From Octopus bimaculoides (taxonomy: Eukaryota), in contig NC_068994.1 of NCBI RefSeq assembly GCF_001194135.2, positions 16,906,947 through 16,970,946 of the forward strand: a stretch of 64,000 bases of DNA. Reading direction: 5' to 3'. Below the pieces are notes generated by a model. It was not told where the DNA came from and ran no database searches. It was given only the letters and a program-made list of their open reading frames with translations. Within the stretch, counting starts at the first letter, position 1. Every line of letters starts with the position of its first letter. The position numbers and the translations under genes are program-made. Below are positions 1 to 11,230 of this stretch, piece after piece.

Positions 1-40
<40 letters not shown>

Positions 41-500
41 CTTTTACATTATTCCTTTTAATGGAGATCCACTTTTTGACAGAGTATATGTGTAAATTAT
101 AGGATGTGTGTGTGTGTAAATGTGTGAGTGTATGTGTGTGCATTTGTGTGTGTGTGTGTGTGTATGTTAGTGAATAGCTAGTATTAATATTAGTAGCCAT
201 TATCAAATAAAGAATTGAAAACATTAAAAAAAAAAAAATCAGCAAGAATAAATATGTATTTATAAATTTATAGATTAATGATAAAATGCACAATGTTTTC
301 ATGTTATTGACCTTTTCAAACTAATGTGCTATAAAAATGAGATTAAATTAAAGTACATATCATAGCAAAATATAGTTCTGAAAAAATTATGGGAAAAAAA
401 CATATTGAACATACAGTGAGAGGTGGAGTGGGTGAACCTTGGATTAAACTTTTCTTTTTCTTTTTGCTCATAGGTTTCAAATTCTAATGTACTTTATTTG

Positions 501-538
<38 letters not shown>

Positions 539-1217
539 AACACACACACACACAAACACACAGAGATACATGCACATCACACACACACATGCACATACAC
601 ATACATACTCATTACACACACACACACATGTGCACAAATATATTGTATGTATATGCATGTAGGTGTGACTGTTTGGTAAGTTTACCTCCTAACCACATTG
701 TTCTGGGTTCAATCTCACTGCGTGGCACCTTGGGCAAGAGTCTTCTACTATAGTCTCAGGCCAACCAAAGCCTCGTGAGTGGATTTTGTTGATGGAAACT
801 GAAAGAAGCCCATCATATATATAAAAATATGTATATATCTATGTGTGTGTGCCGTTTTATCTGAATTTGTTCCCACCACAACTTGACAACTGGTGTTGGT
901 ACATTTATCCCCATAACTTAGCAGTTCAGCAAATACAGACCACAAAAATAAGTATCAGGCTTAAAATTAAAAATAAGTACTTGGGTTGATTCCTTTGAAT
1001 TAGTGTATAAATACACACATATATATAGATATGTATGTGTGTGTATATGTATATATATACATACATACATATATATATATATATANNNNNNNNNNNNNNN
1101 NNNNNNNNNNNNNNNNNNNNNNNNNNNNNNNNNNNNNNNNNNNNNNNNNNNNNNNNNNNNNNNNNNNNNNNNNNNNNNNNNNNNNNNNNNNNNNNNNNNN
1201 NNNNNNNNNNNNNNNNN

Positions 1218-1418
1218 GTGCCTTGAAATTTAACACACTCACCGTTAAAATTTCCACTTATTTCTTATTTTTATTTTCCTAAAATTTTCGTTGCGTCTTG
1301 CAACCTTATCAAGAGTCAAGACTATTGATAAGGTTGCAAGACCCAACGAAAATTTTAGGAAAATAAAAAAAGAAATAAGTGGAAATTTTAACGGTGAGTG
1401 TGTTAAATTTCAAGGCAC
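1218..1418. repeat. Near-perfect 201-bp palindrome (about 95-bp arms)
   Basis: GTGCCTTGAAATTTAACACACTCACCG... at the left end and ...CGGTGAGTGTGTTAAATTTCAAGGCAC at the right, with only a few mismatches. The left end abuts an N gap. Confidence 0.95.
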
Positions 1419-2348
1419 AATAAGAAAATGACTCTCCCCAGACACAACAGAACATGTATATATACATATATATATATATATATGTATAATATTCAGTACA
1501 GCTTTATGTTGGAAGTATGTAGCGTTAATGTGACATAAAGAGAAATTACAGAACTTGAAGTTGCAGGTTTGTTCAGTTGGTTGGTGGTAAATGTCAGTCT
1601 TGGCTATGTAATCCTTTTTTATCTCATATGTATTTATAAATACATGCAGATGGCTATGTGTGTAGATATATATATGCATGTTATATATATGCAGGTTATG
1701 AAGGTCACACACACACGTGTGTGTGTGTATTGGGTGAAGTAGAATACATGATTACCAGATAGTTAATCAAGTTATACAAGGCATCATTCCCAGTAATGAC
1801 TGGCACAGCAGTAACATCATAAACTGCTTGGAAATCAAAGGAGATACCTTCAAGAGAAACAACTATAGAGGAATAATGAGATGCAGTTTGACTTTGTGCC
1901 CAGAAAAGGTTCTATGGATGCAACCTTCCTTGTGCAGCAACTGTAAGAGAAATAATTGACTAAGAGTAAACCATTATTCCTGGCATTCATTGACTCAGAG
2001 AAGGTGTTTGTTATTGCATCATTTACCAAAGAGAAAAATTGGGCATAAGACAAATCAGATGTAGTGTGTAAAAAAGAAGATTCCATTGGTATAGTCATAT
2101 GACGCATATAGATGAGGAGAGCTGTATAAAGAAGTATTGCTCACTTAATGTAAATGGAAGATATAGGATAAAGTAGTGAAAGCTGATCACAAGACCTTGG
2201 ACTTCATTCAGGTGAACTCCAAGTTGTACACTGAATCCATTGCTATACTCATTGCCAACCATCACCTTACTGACAGCATCCCAGTACATGGCTTGTACAG
2301 CTACCACCAGCCACTCATTTATTCCTAGTTTCCTCACAGTACAAATTT

Positions 2349-2488
2349 ATTATTCATATACAAGAATGTTGTTGTAAGTGACTTTGAAGTTTCAGCCATC
2401 TTAGCCGTTGTCAAACTGTAAGTTGAACAATAGCTTAGCTGGCCAAAATTCGAAGTCACTGTCAAGAACATTCTTGTATAAGAATAAT
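2349..2488. repeat. Imperfect 140-bp palindrome inserted in an RTE remnant
   Basis: ATTATTC-A-TATACAAGAATGTT...AGTGACTT versus AAGTCACT...AACATTCTTGTATA-A-GAATAAT; arms roughly 75-80% complementary. Confidence 0.88.
2377..2417 (-). ncRNA. Type I hammerhead-like motif, U3-A8 variant, in the left arm of a palindrome
   Basis: Minus strand reads AGT-TTGACAA-C-GGCT-AAGAT-GGCT-GAAA-CTTCAAAG-TC^ACT. A degenerate partner copy lies on + at about 2420-2462. Confidence 0.55.
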
Positions 2489-2527
2489 GTGTGCACGTGT
2501 GTATGTGCATGCTTGTGTGTATGTGTA

Positions 2528-2558
<31 letters not shown>

Positions 2559-5065
2559 ATACGTCTGTATGTATGTGTGTGTGCATGAATGTATATGTGT
2601 GTGTGTGTGTGTGTGGATGTATGTGCATGTATTATGTGTATGTATTGTATGTATGTATGTATGTATGTGTGTATGTATGTGTGTATGTATGTGTGTATGT
2701 ATGTGTGTATGCATGTGTGTATGATGCATGTCTGTAAAATAACTTTTAGCCACAAACAGAGCATTTTCTGTCCATTGTTCGTGCCTGAGATACTCTGAGA
2801 ATGTGGATGCTGGAATAAGAATAGGTTGGGCGAAGTTCAGAGACCTTTTACTTTTATTAGTAACAAAGGGACTCTTCCTCAGAGTGAAAGGCAGGCTGTA
2901 TGATGCCTGTGTGCAAACAACCATGCTACTCGGTAGTGAATCATGAGCTACGGCTGTAGAAGACATGCGAAGGCTTGAAAGAAGTGAAGCTAGTATGCTT
3001 CACTGGATGTGCAATGTCAGTATGCATGTATGACAGAGTTTAAGCATCTTGAGAGAAAAATTGGGCATGAGAGGCATCAGATGTTGTGTGTAAAAGAGAA
3101 GACTGTACTGGTATGGTCATGTGATGCATATGGACAAGGACAGCTGTGTAAAGAAGTGCCGATCTCTAACTGTGGAGGGAACCTTTGGAAAAAGTTGGCC
3201 CAAGAAGACATGGGACAAGGTGGTGAAGCATGATTTCAGGAGGCAATGACAAATGAGACCTTTGAGACCTTTGGAGGTTTTCTGTGCTTGAGAAGACTCA
3301 TCAGGACACGTGGAATCATAGTCATAGACAGTGTTGTGTTCGTGACACATAAAAGGCACCTGTGCCGGTGACATGTGAAAGGCACCCATGCCAGTGACAT
3401 ATAAAAGGCACCCGCTACACTCTTGGAGTGGTTGTCGTTAGGAAGGACATCTTGCTGTAGAAACTAATCCAAAATCAGGCTGGAGCTTACCAGTTCCAGT
3501 CAAACCATCTAACACATGCCAGCATGGAAAACAAATGCTAAATGACGATGATGGTGTACTCTACAAAAGTATAGAATAGCCCATCAGATATAAAATTGTT
3601 TTTATATTATGAACCTGATCACTGACCTACATTCAACTGTCTCCATTATAACACCTTAGTCCACTTCAGCAGCCGTAAAAGACAAAATGGATACTAGTGG
3701 AAAGCTACCTGTACAAGTTCCCTTTCCTGCAATAACTGGAAGTGGGTCAGAGGAAATCTTTAATGATCACCCCTTATATATATATCATCATCATCATCAT
3801 CATAGTCCTTTAACGGCCGCTTTCCATGCTAGCATGGGTTGGACGATTTGACTGAGGACTGGTGAACAGATGGTTACACCAGGCTCCAATCTGATTTGGC
3901 AGAGTTTCTACAGCTGGATGCCCTTCCTAACGCCAACCACTCCAAGAGTGTAGTGGGTGCTTTTACGTGCCACCGGCACAAAGGCCAGTCAGGCGGTACT
4001 GGCAACGGCCATGCTCAAAATGGTGTATTTTACGTGCCACCTGCACAGGAGGCAGTCAAGCAGCACTGGCAANNNNNNNNNNNNNNNNNNNNNNNNNNNN
4101 NNNNNNNNNNNNNNNNNNNNNNNNNNNNNNNNNNNNNNNNNNNNNNNNNNNNNNNNNNNNNNNNNNNNNNNNNNNNNNNNNNNNNNNNNNNNNNNNNNNN
4201 NNNNNNNNNNNNNNNNNNNNNNNNNNNNNNNNNNNNNNNNNNNNNNNNNNNNNNNNNNNNNNNNNNNNNNNNNNNNNNNNNNNNNNNNNNNNNNNNNNNN
4301 NNNNNNNNNNNNNNNNNNNNNNNNNNNNNNNNNNNNNNNNNNNNNNNNNNNNNNNNNNNNNNNNNNNNNNNNNNNNNNNNNNNNNNNNNNNNNNNNNNNN
4401 NNNNNNNNNNNNNNNNNNNNNNNNNNNNNNNNNNNNNNNNNNNNNNNNNNNNNNNNNNNNNNNNNNNNNNNNNNNNNNNNNNNNNNNNNNNNNNNNNNNN
4501 NNNNNNNNNNNNNNNNNNNNNNNNNNNNNNNNNNNNNNNNNNNNNNNNNNNNNNNNNNNNNNNNNNNNNNNNNNNNNNNNNNNNNNNNNNNNNNNNNNNN
4601 NNNNNNNNNNNNNNNNNNNNNNNNNNNNNNNNNNNNNNNNNNNNNNNNNNNNNNNNNNNNNNNNNNNNNNNNNNNNNNNNNNNNNNNNNNNNNNNNNNNN
4701 NNNNNNNNNNNNNNNNNNNNNNNNNNNNNNNNNNNNNNNNNNNNNNNNNNNNNNNNNNNNNNNNNNNNNNNNNNNNNNNNNNNNNNNNNNNNNNNNNNNN
4801 NNNNNNNNNNNNNNNNNNNNNNNNNNNNNNNNNNNNNNNNNNNNNNNNNNNNNNNNNNNNNNNNNNNNNNNNNNNNNNNNNNNNNNNNNNNNNNNNNNNN
4901 NNNNNNNNNNNNNNNNNNNNNNNNNNNNNNNNNNNNNNNNNNNNNNNNNNNNNNNNNNNNNNNNNNNNNNNNNNNNNNNNNNNNNNNNNNNNNNNNNNNN
5001 NNNNNNNNNNNNNNNNNNNNNNNNNNNNNNNNNNNNNNNNNNNNNNNNNNNNNNNNNNNNNNNNN

Positions 5066-5113
5066 CATTTACAGGATAATGAAGTCAAATGATTATTTTG
5101 AAATGCAGTTAAA
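5066..5113 (+). CDS. CFAP43: CFAP43 exon, 3' part only (5' part hidden in N gap 4073-5065); IYRIMKSNDYFEMQL(K)
   Basis: Donor AA|GTAAGT at 5114, phase 2, joins the first A of exon 6756 to give K. The peptide aligns with recalled human CFAP43 VWTIERSNQEHCFRAR. Confidence 0.75.
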
Positions 5114-5699
5114 GTAAGTAATTTTTGTTTATTTTCCAAGATATTTCATAATTGTTACATGGTTCTTTATTTCTATTTTTTTAAAGAGCATTTTATATAT
5201 CAAATATAATACTTATTTATTCACATTGTTTTAAATTAATCATGTATTGTCTCATAACTTCAAGATTTGGATGATCTCATTGTTTAGTTTTTGAATGGCA
5301 TTGTAGGGTAGGTGTGAGAGACTGGATCTGGCTGATTTGAACATAAAATAGGTAGAATATTTGGGCTGGATATGGTCAGTTTAAACCTTGTTAGATATTC
5401 TAATAATCTCAGTGACTGTTTATGAAGGACTAGCTGCTTTCTCTCTATCTCTATATCTGCAATTGCTGTCAACTTGAAAGGCTCAATTGGATTACTTAGA
5501 GTAGACACCCCCTCTCTTTCTCTCTCTCTCTTCCTGTCCTCTCTTCTCTCTCTCCCCTTCTCTCCTCTCTCTCTCCCCTTCTCTCCTCTATCTCTCTCTC
5601 TCCTATCTTTCTCATCTCCTCTCTCTCCACTCACTCCTCCCACTTCCCCTCCTATGCTTTTCTATATTCAACAATGCCTTTTTCTCTTTCAGTGTCAGT

Positions 5700-6555
5700 A
5701 ACACCAACTGCCTCAAAGTCTGGAACATCTCGCACTCTGATTTGTACACTACAGAACATTAGCACACCTCTGCTTTCTGCTCATCTCTTTGCTAAATATA
5801 CCTGACACTTAGCTTCTCTTTTAGTCATTTGGTATTGTTCACTACTGTTGCTTTTCTTCCAGTTTTTCTGGTCTGTCTCTTAGCTTTTATGGCTCTCTAT
5901 AATATACTTTTCGAGCAAGATCGTTGCCAGTGCTGCTGGACTGGCTCTTGTGTGGGTGGCACATAAAATACACCATTTTGAGCGTGGCCATTGCCAGTAC
6001 CGCCTGACTGGCCTTTGTGTCGGTGGCACGTAAAAGCACCCACTACACTCTCAGAGTGGTTGGCGTTAGGAAGGGCATCCAGCTGTAGAAACTGGTGTAG
6101 CCATCTGGTTTCACCAGTCCTCAGTCAAAATCGTCCAACCCATGCTAGCATGGAAAGTGGACGTTAAACGATGATGATGATGATGATGTACCTTTCTGTC
6201 TGCTTGAGCCAAGATCTAGCGATAGATGTGGTCTATAGACTTCAGTAGATTGTCTCAAAGGAACTTCTGGTTGTCCTCTTATATAGATATAATATAGAAA
6301 GATATCGTATCTCTCCAATTCCTCCTTTCTCTCATCAAATGCTTCAACTAATACTTCTCTCAACTGACAACTGTTTGATGTCCCCTTAAGCTTCTATATC
6401 CTTCTTCTCCAAACTAACTCTTACCCTGAAATCATTAATCACTAATCTATGTTTGATGGTATATTCTTCACCAGCAAAAGGTTTGGCATTCACAACCATC
6501 TGCCTATCCTGCTTTCTGGAAAGAATGAAATCTATCTGGCTTGTCTTGTTCAAAT
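5700..6555 (-). mobile_element. Decayed RTE LINE (end of APE and linker), interrupted by a younger LINE 3'UTR
   Basis: Minus strand gives QIDFILSRKQDRQMVVNAKPFAGEEYTIKHRLVINDFRVR, similar to the element at 26 kb. Confidence 0.75.
5917..6188 (+). mobile_element. 5'-truncated RTE 3'UTR copy with (GAT)n tail; further copies at about 3785-4072(-), 7226-7383(-), 15170-15440(+), 16280-16440(-), 16980-17372(+), 19045-19212(+), 23050-23235(-), 39970-40200(-), 40400-40890(+), 43845-43950(-), 56618-56770(+)
   Basis: Shared ...ggcgttaggaagggcatccagctgtagaaac...catgctagcatggaaagcggacgttaaacgatgatg. The copy at 19045 keeps the last RTE codons EAMTTDRDLWKWAVREKTRQAK* directly upstream of the UTR. Confidence 0.85.
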
Positions 6556-6755
6556 GTAAAAAATCCTTAGAGCTTATTTAAGTTTTCATTTGTTGTTTTC
6601 TTCTCACAAGAGCACAGCATTTGAAAACTCAATAATTACCAACAATAGGCATTATCAAATTAATTATTAGAAATATTTGATGATTTCTCTGTTTCACAAT
6701 TTCATACTAAAAGTTCTCAAGGTTCTAACATAATTTAACTCTTTTATCTTCACAG

Positions 6756-6990
6756 AACTATTGATTGTCCTCCACGAAGTAAGGCAGAGAAGTTTAAGTA
6801 TAAAGAAAATGAACAACTGCTCCATCCTGGTTTGGAAATACCTCTGGCTGCTGTAGCTTGTATCGCAGGAAAGGAATCTTATAAATTACACCAAAAACTC
6901 GAAAATATTTCTCGCATACATCCAATCTCACAGAGTTGGCAGTCAGATTCAGCTGTATTTATAGGCTGTGAGCAGGGACAACTTTTGAAA
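6756..6990 (+). CDS. CFAP43: CFAP43 exon; TIDCPP...PLAAVACIAGKES...HPISQSWQSDSAVFIGCEQGQLLK
   Basis: Acceptor cttcacag, donor GTAAGC, open frame. Resembles recalled human PLSAIAGLVGKEA...[23 protein letters not shown]. Confidence 0.93.
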
Positions 6991-8110
6991 GTAAGCCTCT
7001 CAGTCTTCAATTAACATTTGTTTCATCAGACATATCGAATTATGGTCATCATCATTGTCATCATTGAGAGTGGTGTCAATGGCATTCATTACTCCTACCA
7101 CTGTCATTGTCGTTGTTGTTGAGTGCCCTTGTTCAGCTCTGCTCAGTTACACTCAAAGTATGGAAGCAACCACGGTAAAATACTCAAGACATTGTCAGCA
7201 GCTTTTGGTCTAGGTTTTATGTAATCATCTTCATCATCGTTTAACATCCGCTTTCCATGCTAGCATGGGTTGGACGATTTGACTGAGGACTGGCAAGTCA
7301 GAAGGCTGCATCAGGCTCCAATCTGATCTGGCAGAGTTTCTACAGCTGAATGCCCTTCCTAACGCCAACCACTCCAAGAGAATGTTCCCAGGCTTGGCTG
7401 TGTGGTTAAGAAGCCTGTTTTGCAACCAGGTAGTTTTGGGTTTGGTCTCACTGTGCAAAATCTTGGGGAAAGTGTCTTTTACTATAGTCCCAGGCCAACC
7501 AATGCCCTGAGAGTGGATTTGGGAGATGAAAACTATGTGGAAGCTTGTTGTGTCATCATTATCATTGTTTAATTATATNNNNNNNNNNNNNNNNNNNNNN
7601 NNNNNNNNNNNNNNNNNNNNNNNNNNNNNNNNNNNNNNNNNNNNNNNNNNNNNNNNNNNNNNNNNNNNNNNNNNNNNNNNNNNNNNNNNNNNNNNNNNNN
7701 NNNNNNNNNNNNNNNNNNNNNNNNNNNNNNNNNNNNNNNNNNNNNNNNNNNNNNNNNNNNNNNNNNNNNNNNNNNNNNNNNNNNNNNNNNNNNNNNNNNN
7801 NNNNNNNNNNNNNNNNNNNNNNNNNNNNNNNNNNNNNNNNNNNNNNNNNNNNNNNNNNNNNNNNNNNNNNNNNNNNNNNNNNNNNNNNNNNNNNNNNNNN
7901 NNNNNNNNNNNNNNNNNNNNNNNNNNNNNNNNNNNNNNNNNNNNNNNNNNNNNNNNNNNNNNNNNNNNNNNNNNNNNNNNNNNNNNNNNNNNNNNNNNTT
8001 ACTACGTGTCCATTTATTTATTTACTACACATTAAAAAAAAATTATATAGGTATGTCATATCTTCTGTTTGTTGTCTTCTTTTTATTTAATCTTGAAAAA
8101 AAAAAATATA

Positions 8111-8430
8111 CAGGGTGCATAAGGTATTTGAGGACATACCCTTTTTGGGTCATTGCTGCATTTGTTGCTAACTCTGTATAATCTTTGATTCAGAAAATAA
8201 TAATGGCTAACCATCAGCTTACTCAAGGAATGAAGTGGCATGCTGTTATTGTGGTTATAAAGGTTGAGCATAGCGATTCAGAAATATCTCGATTTTTAAA
8301 AGTTTCCAGATCTTTCGTCTACAAAGTTTGTAAGGCGTTAGAGACTGAAGATGGAAATGTATCACCAGTATAAAAGCATAAAAAGCATTCTAAAGGCTCT
8401 GAAATCATCAGGAACACCTGAATTTATCCA
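8111..8430 (+). mobile_element. Tc1/mariner (maT/DD37D-like) 5' remnant
   Basis: TA|CAGGGTG terminus and HTH-like MANHQLTQGMKWHAVIVVIKVEHSDSEISRFLKVSRSFVYKV. Confidence 0.7.
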
Positions 8431-9068
8431 TGCATATGAATTATTCTACATTACAATGTCTTGTTTCTGTTTTGTTTTTTTTTTTACTTTATTTTGAGAA
8501 AGTATGGTATGTTTTGAGGGAGTTTTAGCTGTTTTTGCTAGTGTGTGGCTTAGTTGTTAGGGTATTTGGCACATGGTTGTAAGGCTTGAGTTCAATTCCA
8601 GGCAGTGTGTTGTGTTTAAGCAAGACACTTTATTTCATGTTGCTCCAGTCCACTCATCTAGCAAAAACGATTAGTACCTTTAATTCAAAGAGCCAGCCTC
8701 GTCACACTCTGTGTCACACTGAATCTCTCTGAGAACTATGCTAAGGGTACGTGTGTCTGTGGAGTGCTTGGCCACTTGCACATTAAGTTCATGAGCAGGC
8801 TGTTCTGTTTATTAGATCAAATAGAACCGTTGTTGGGATAACCAATGGAGTGTCAGTTACTCACAGATCAAGTGACAACATAGAGTCTTTCTTGTCGGTC
8901 CATTTATTTTTGTCCTTTCCCTGGAAATATGAGTTGGATATTTCTTAAGCTTTGCTTTTTGTCTACCATATTCACTTTTCTGGTTTTCTTTTTTTACAGT
9001 TGATGATATCACTGTTGATCTGTTGTATTGAATGATTATTAAATGTGGTCTTCTGTGAATGATTTCAG

Positions 9069-9156
9069 ATCAGCGAAGATACTTCAGAAGTTACTATTAT
9101 TTTCAATCCAGAAGAAGAAGATCACCATTCTTCAGTAACAGAACTAGAGTATAATG
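9069..9156 (+). CDS. CFAP43: CFAP43 exon; ISEDTSEVTIIFNPEEEDHHSSVTELEYN
   Basis: Acceptor gatttcag, donor G|GTGAG, phase 0 to 1. Resembles human INGDTLQVTVLNKIEEE. Confidence 0.85.
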
Positions 9157-9580
9157 GTGAGATGATTTTTATTCTGTTGACAACATTTGGTTTCTAGATA
9201 GAAGTAAATAGGAAATAACTCTTAATGACCAAAGACGAAAAAAAAAAAAAAAATTACATAATGCTATTGAAAATATGCATTTTTGTCTATATTTCCAGAG
9301 TTTACAGTCATCCTGTATAAAGCAGGGAACAATCAGAGTTGTTGTTGTTTGTTATTGGTGTCTTACAACCATAAATTTATTTTATTTGTTTCTTAGATGT
9401 GATGCTCTGACATGTTCACACTAATATCCAAATCATGGTCATTATAAAGAACAAAAATTCAGTTGTTGTATCCTCTGGACTTCTCCAGGTACCAATCATA
9501 TTCGCTTGTGTTTTTGGAATTTTGAACTGGACCCTTTACTAACCCGTTTTCATATTTAAAATAGAATGCCTTTAATCTTT

Positions 9581-10754
9581 TACTCATTTACTTGTTTCAG
9601 TCATTTGACTGCGGCCATGCTGGAGCACCGCCTTTAGTCGAGCAAATCGACCCCAGGACTTATTCTTTATAAGCCTAGTACTTATTCTATCGGTCTCTTT
9701 TGCCGAACTGCTAAGTTACGGGGACGTAAACACACCAGCATCGGTTGTCAAGTGATGGTGGGGAGACATACACAGACACACAAACACAGATACACACACA
9801 CATATATATATAAATATATATATATACCNNNNNNNNNNNNNNNNNNNNNNNNNNNNNNNNNNNNNNNNNNNNNNNNNNNNNNNNNNNNNNNNNNNNNNNN
9901 NNNNNNNNNNNNNNNNNNNNNNNNNNNNNNNNNNNNNNNNNNNNNNNNNNNNNNNNNNNNNNNNNNNNNNNNNNNNNNNNNNNNNNNNNNNNNNNNNNNN
10001 NNNNNNNNNNNNNNNNNNNNNNNNNNNNNNNNNNNNNNNNNNNNNNNNNNNNNNNNNNNNNNNNNNNNNNNNNNNNNNNNNNNNNNNNNNNNNNNNNNNN
10101 NNNNNNNNNNNNNNNNNNNNNNNNNNNNNNNNNNNNNNNNNNNNNNNNNNNNNNNNNNNNNNNNNNNNNNNNNNNNNNNNNNNNNNNNNNNNNNNNNNNN
10201 NNNNNNNNNNNNNNNNNNNNNNNNNNNNNNNNNNNNNNNNNNNNNNNNNNNNNNNNNNNNNNNNNNNNNNNNNNNNNNNNNNNNNNNNNNNNNNNNNNNN
10301 NNNNNNNNNNNNNNNNNNNNNNNNNNNNNNNNNNNNNNNNNNNNNNNNNNNNNNNNNNNNNNNNNNNNNNNNNNNNNNNNNNNNNNNNNNNNNNNNNNNN
10401 NNNNNNNNNNNNNNNNNNNNNNNNNNNNNNNNNNNNNNNNNNNNNNNNNNNNNNNNNNNNNNNNNNNNNNNNNNNNNNNNNNNNNNNNNNNNNNNNNNNN
10501 NNNNNNNNNNNNNNNNNNNNNNNNNNNNNNNNNNNNNNNNNNNNNNNNNNNNNNNNNNNNNNNNNNNNNNNNNNNNNNNNNNNNNNNNNNNNNNNNNNNN
10601 NNNNNNNNNNNNNNNNNNNNNNNNNNNNNNNNNNNNNNNNNNNNNNNNNNNNNNNNNNNNNNNNNNNNNNNNNNNNNNNNNNNNNNNNNNNNNNNNNNNN
10701 NNNNNNNNNNNNNNNNNNNNNNNNNNNNNNNNNNNNNNNNNNNNNNNNNNNNNN

Positions 10755-10787
<33 letters not shown>

Positions 10788-10948
10788 CGGGCTTCTTTCA
10801 GTTTCTGTCTACCAAATCCACTCACAAGGCTTTGGTCGGCCCGAGGCTATAGTAGAAGACACTTGCCCAAGGTGCCACGCAGTGGGACTGAACCTGGAAC
10901 CATGTGGTTGGTAAGCAAGCTACTTACCACACAGCCACTCCTGCGCCT
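9581..10948 (-). mobile_element. Full-length tRNA-head SINE (family A) with internal (TA)n/(CA)n tract; other copies or halves at about 660-1000, 7386-7560, 12290-12450, 15430-15605, 17680-18045, 18833-19483, 21295-21510, 24035-24455, 28200-28970, 29020-29380, 36530-36960, 37860-38050, 38960-39130, 43640-43790, 45053-45270, 46065-46285, 46430-46650, 53770-53940, 62260-62420, 63400-63540
   Basis: Recurring head (ggctgtgtggtaag...ggttcagtccc...accttgggcaagtgtcttctactatagcc) and tail (...ggtgctccagcatggccgcagtcaaatgactgaaacaagtaaaag) joined by a microsatellite. Confidence 0.85.
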
Positions 10949-11010
10949 TTGTTTCAATTTTATTTTGAAAATAACGAAGAATTTACTAAAACAACTTTGT
11001 CATTATGAAG

Positions 11011-11230
11011 TTGGTGAGCCAGCAGAATTGTTAGCATGCTGGACAAAATGCTTAGTGGCATTTCATCCATCTTTATGTTCGGAGTTCAAATTCTGCTGAG
11101 GTCAGCTTTGCCTTTCATCCTCTCAAGGTCAATAAAATAAGTACCAGTTGAACACTGGGGGGTAGATGTAATCGACTTATCCCCTCCCTCCGAAGTTGCT
11201 GGCCTTGTGGCAAAATTTGAAACCATTATG
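11011..11230 (+). mobile_element. SINE-like family C; copies at about 24590-24720, 43200-43410, 51120-51320, 57230-57480, 58150-58360, 63010-63360, 63540-63690
   Basis: Recurring gttctgagttcaaattccgccgaggtcgactttgcctttcatcc...aagtaccagttgaacactgggg. Confidence 0.75.

Larger units (their letters stand above)
1740..3553 (+). mobile_element. Decayed RTE-clade LINE (RT fragments, C-terminus, 3'UTR with GAT tail), interrupted by a palindrome and microsatellite
   Basis: Frameshifted NNYRGI, EMQFDFVP and LYDACV..LLGSE motifs, followed by the GAT-tailed UTR seen throughout the window. Confidence 0.85.

Noticed and set aside
884-905. TTGACAA heptamer in family A SINE tails as a hammerhead core
   Set aside because: No stem II or GAAA follows. 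This shows the heptamer alone is uninformative, so only loci with stems and GAAA were kept.
3896-5139. Long ORFs in the supplied track (also 9716-10852, 44950-46262, 52880-54453)
   Set aside because: Artefacts of N runs and dinucleotide repeats.
5693-5760. Exon-like segment VSNTNCLKVWNISHSD after ctttcag
   Set aside because: It is the antisense of an RTE linker remnant, and the 5066-5113 exon fits the homology and phase better with a stronger donor.
9397-9488. Pseudo-exon with a good acceptor and CAG|GTACC
   Set aside because: Stops occur early in all three frames and the phase is incompatible with the next exon; exon 13288 supplies the missing peptide. A poison-exon role cannot be supported from sequence alone.
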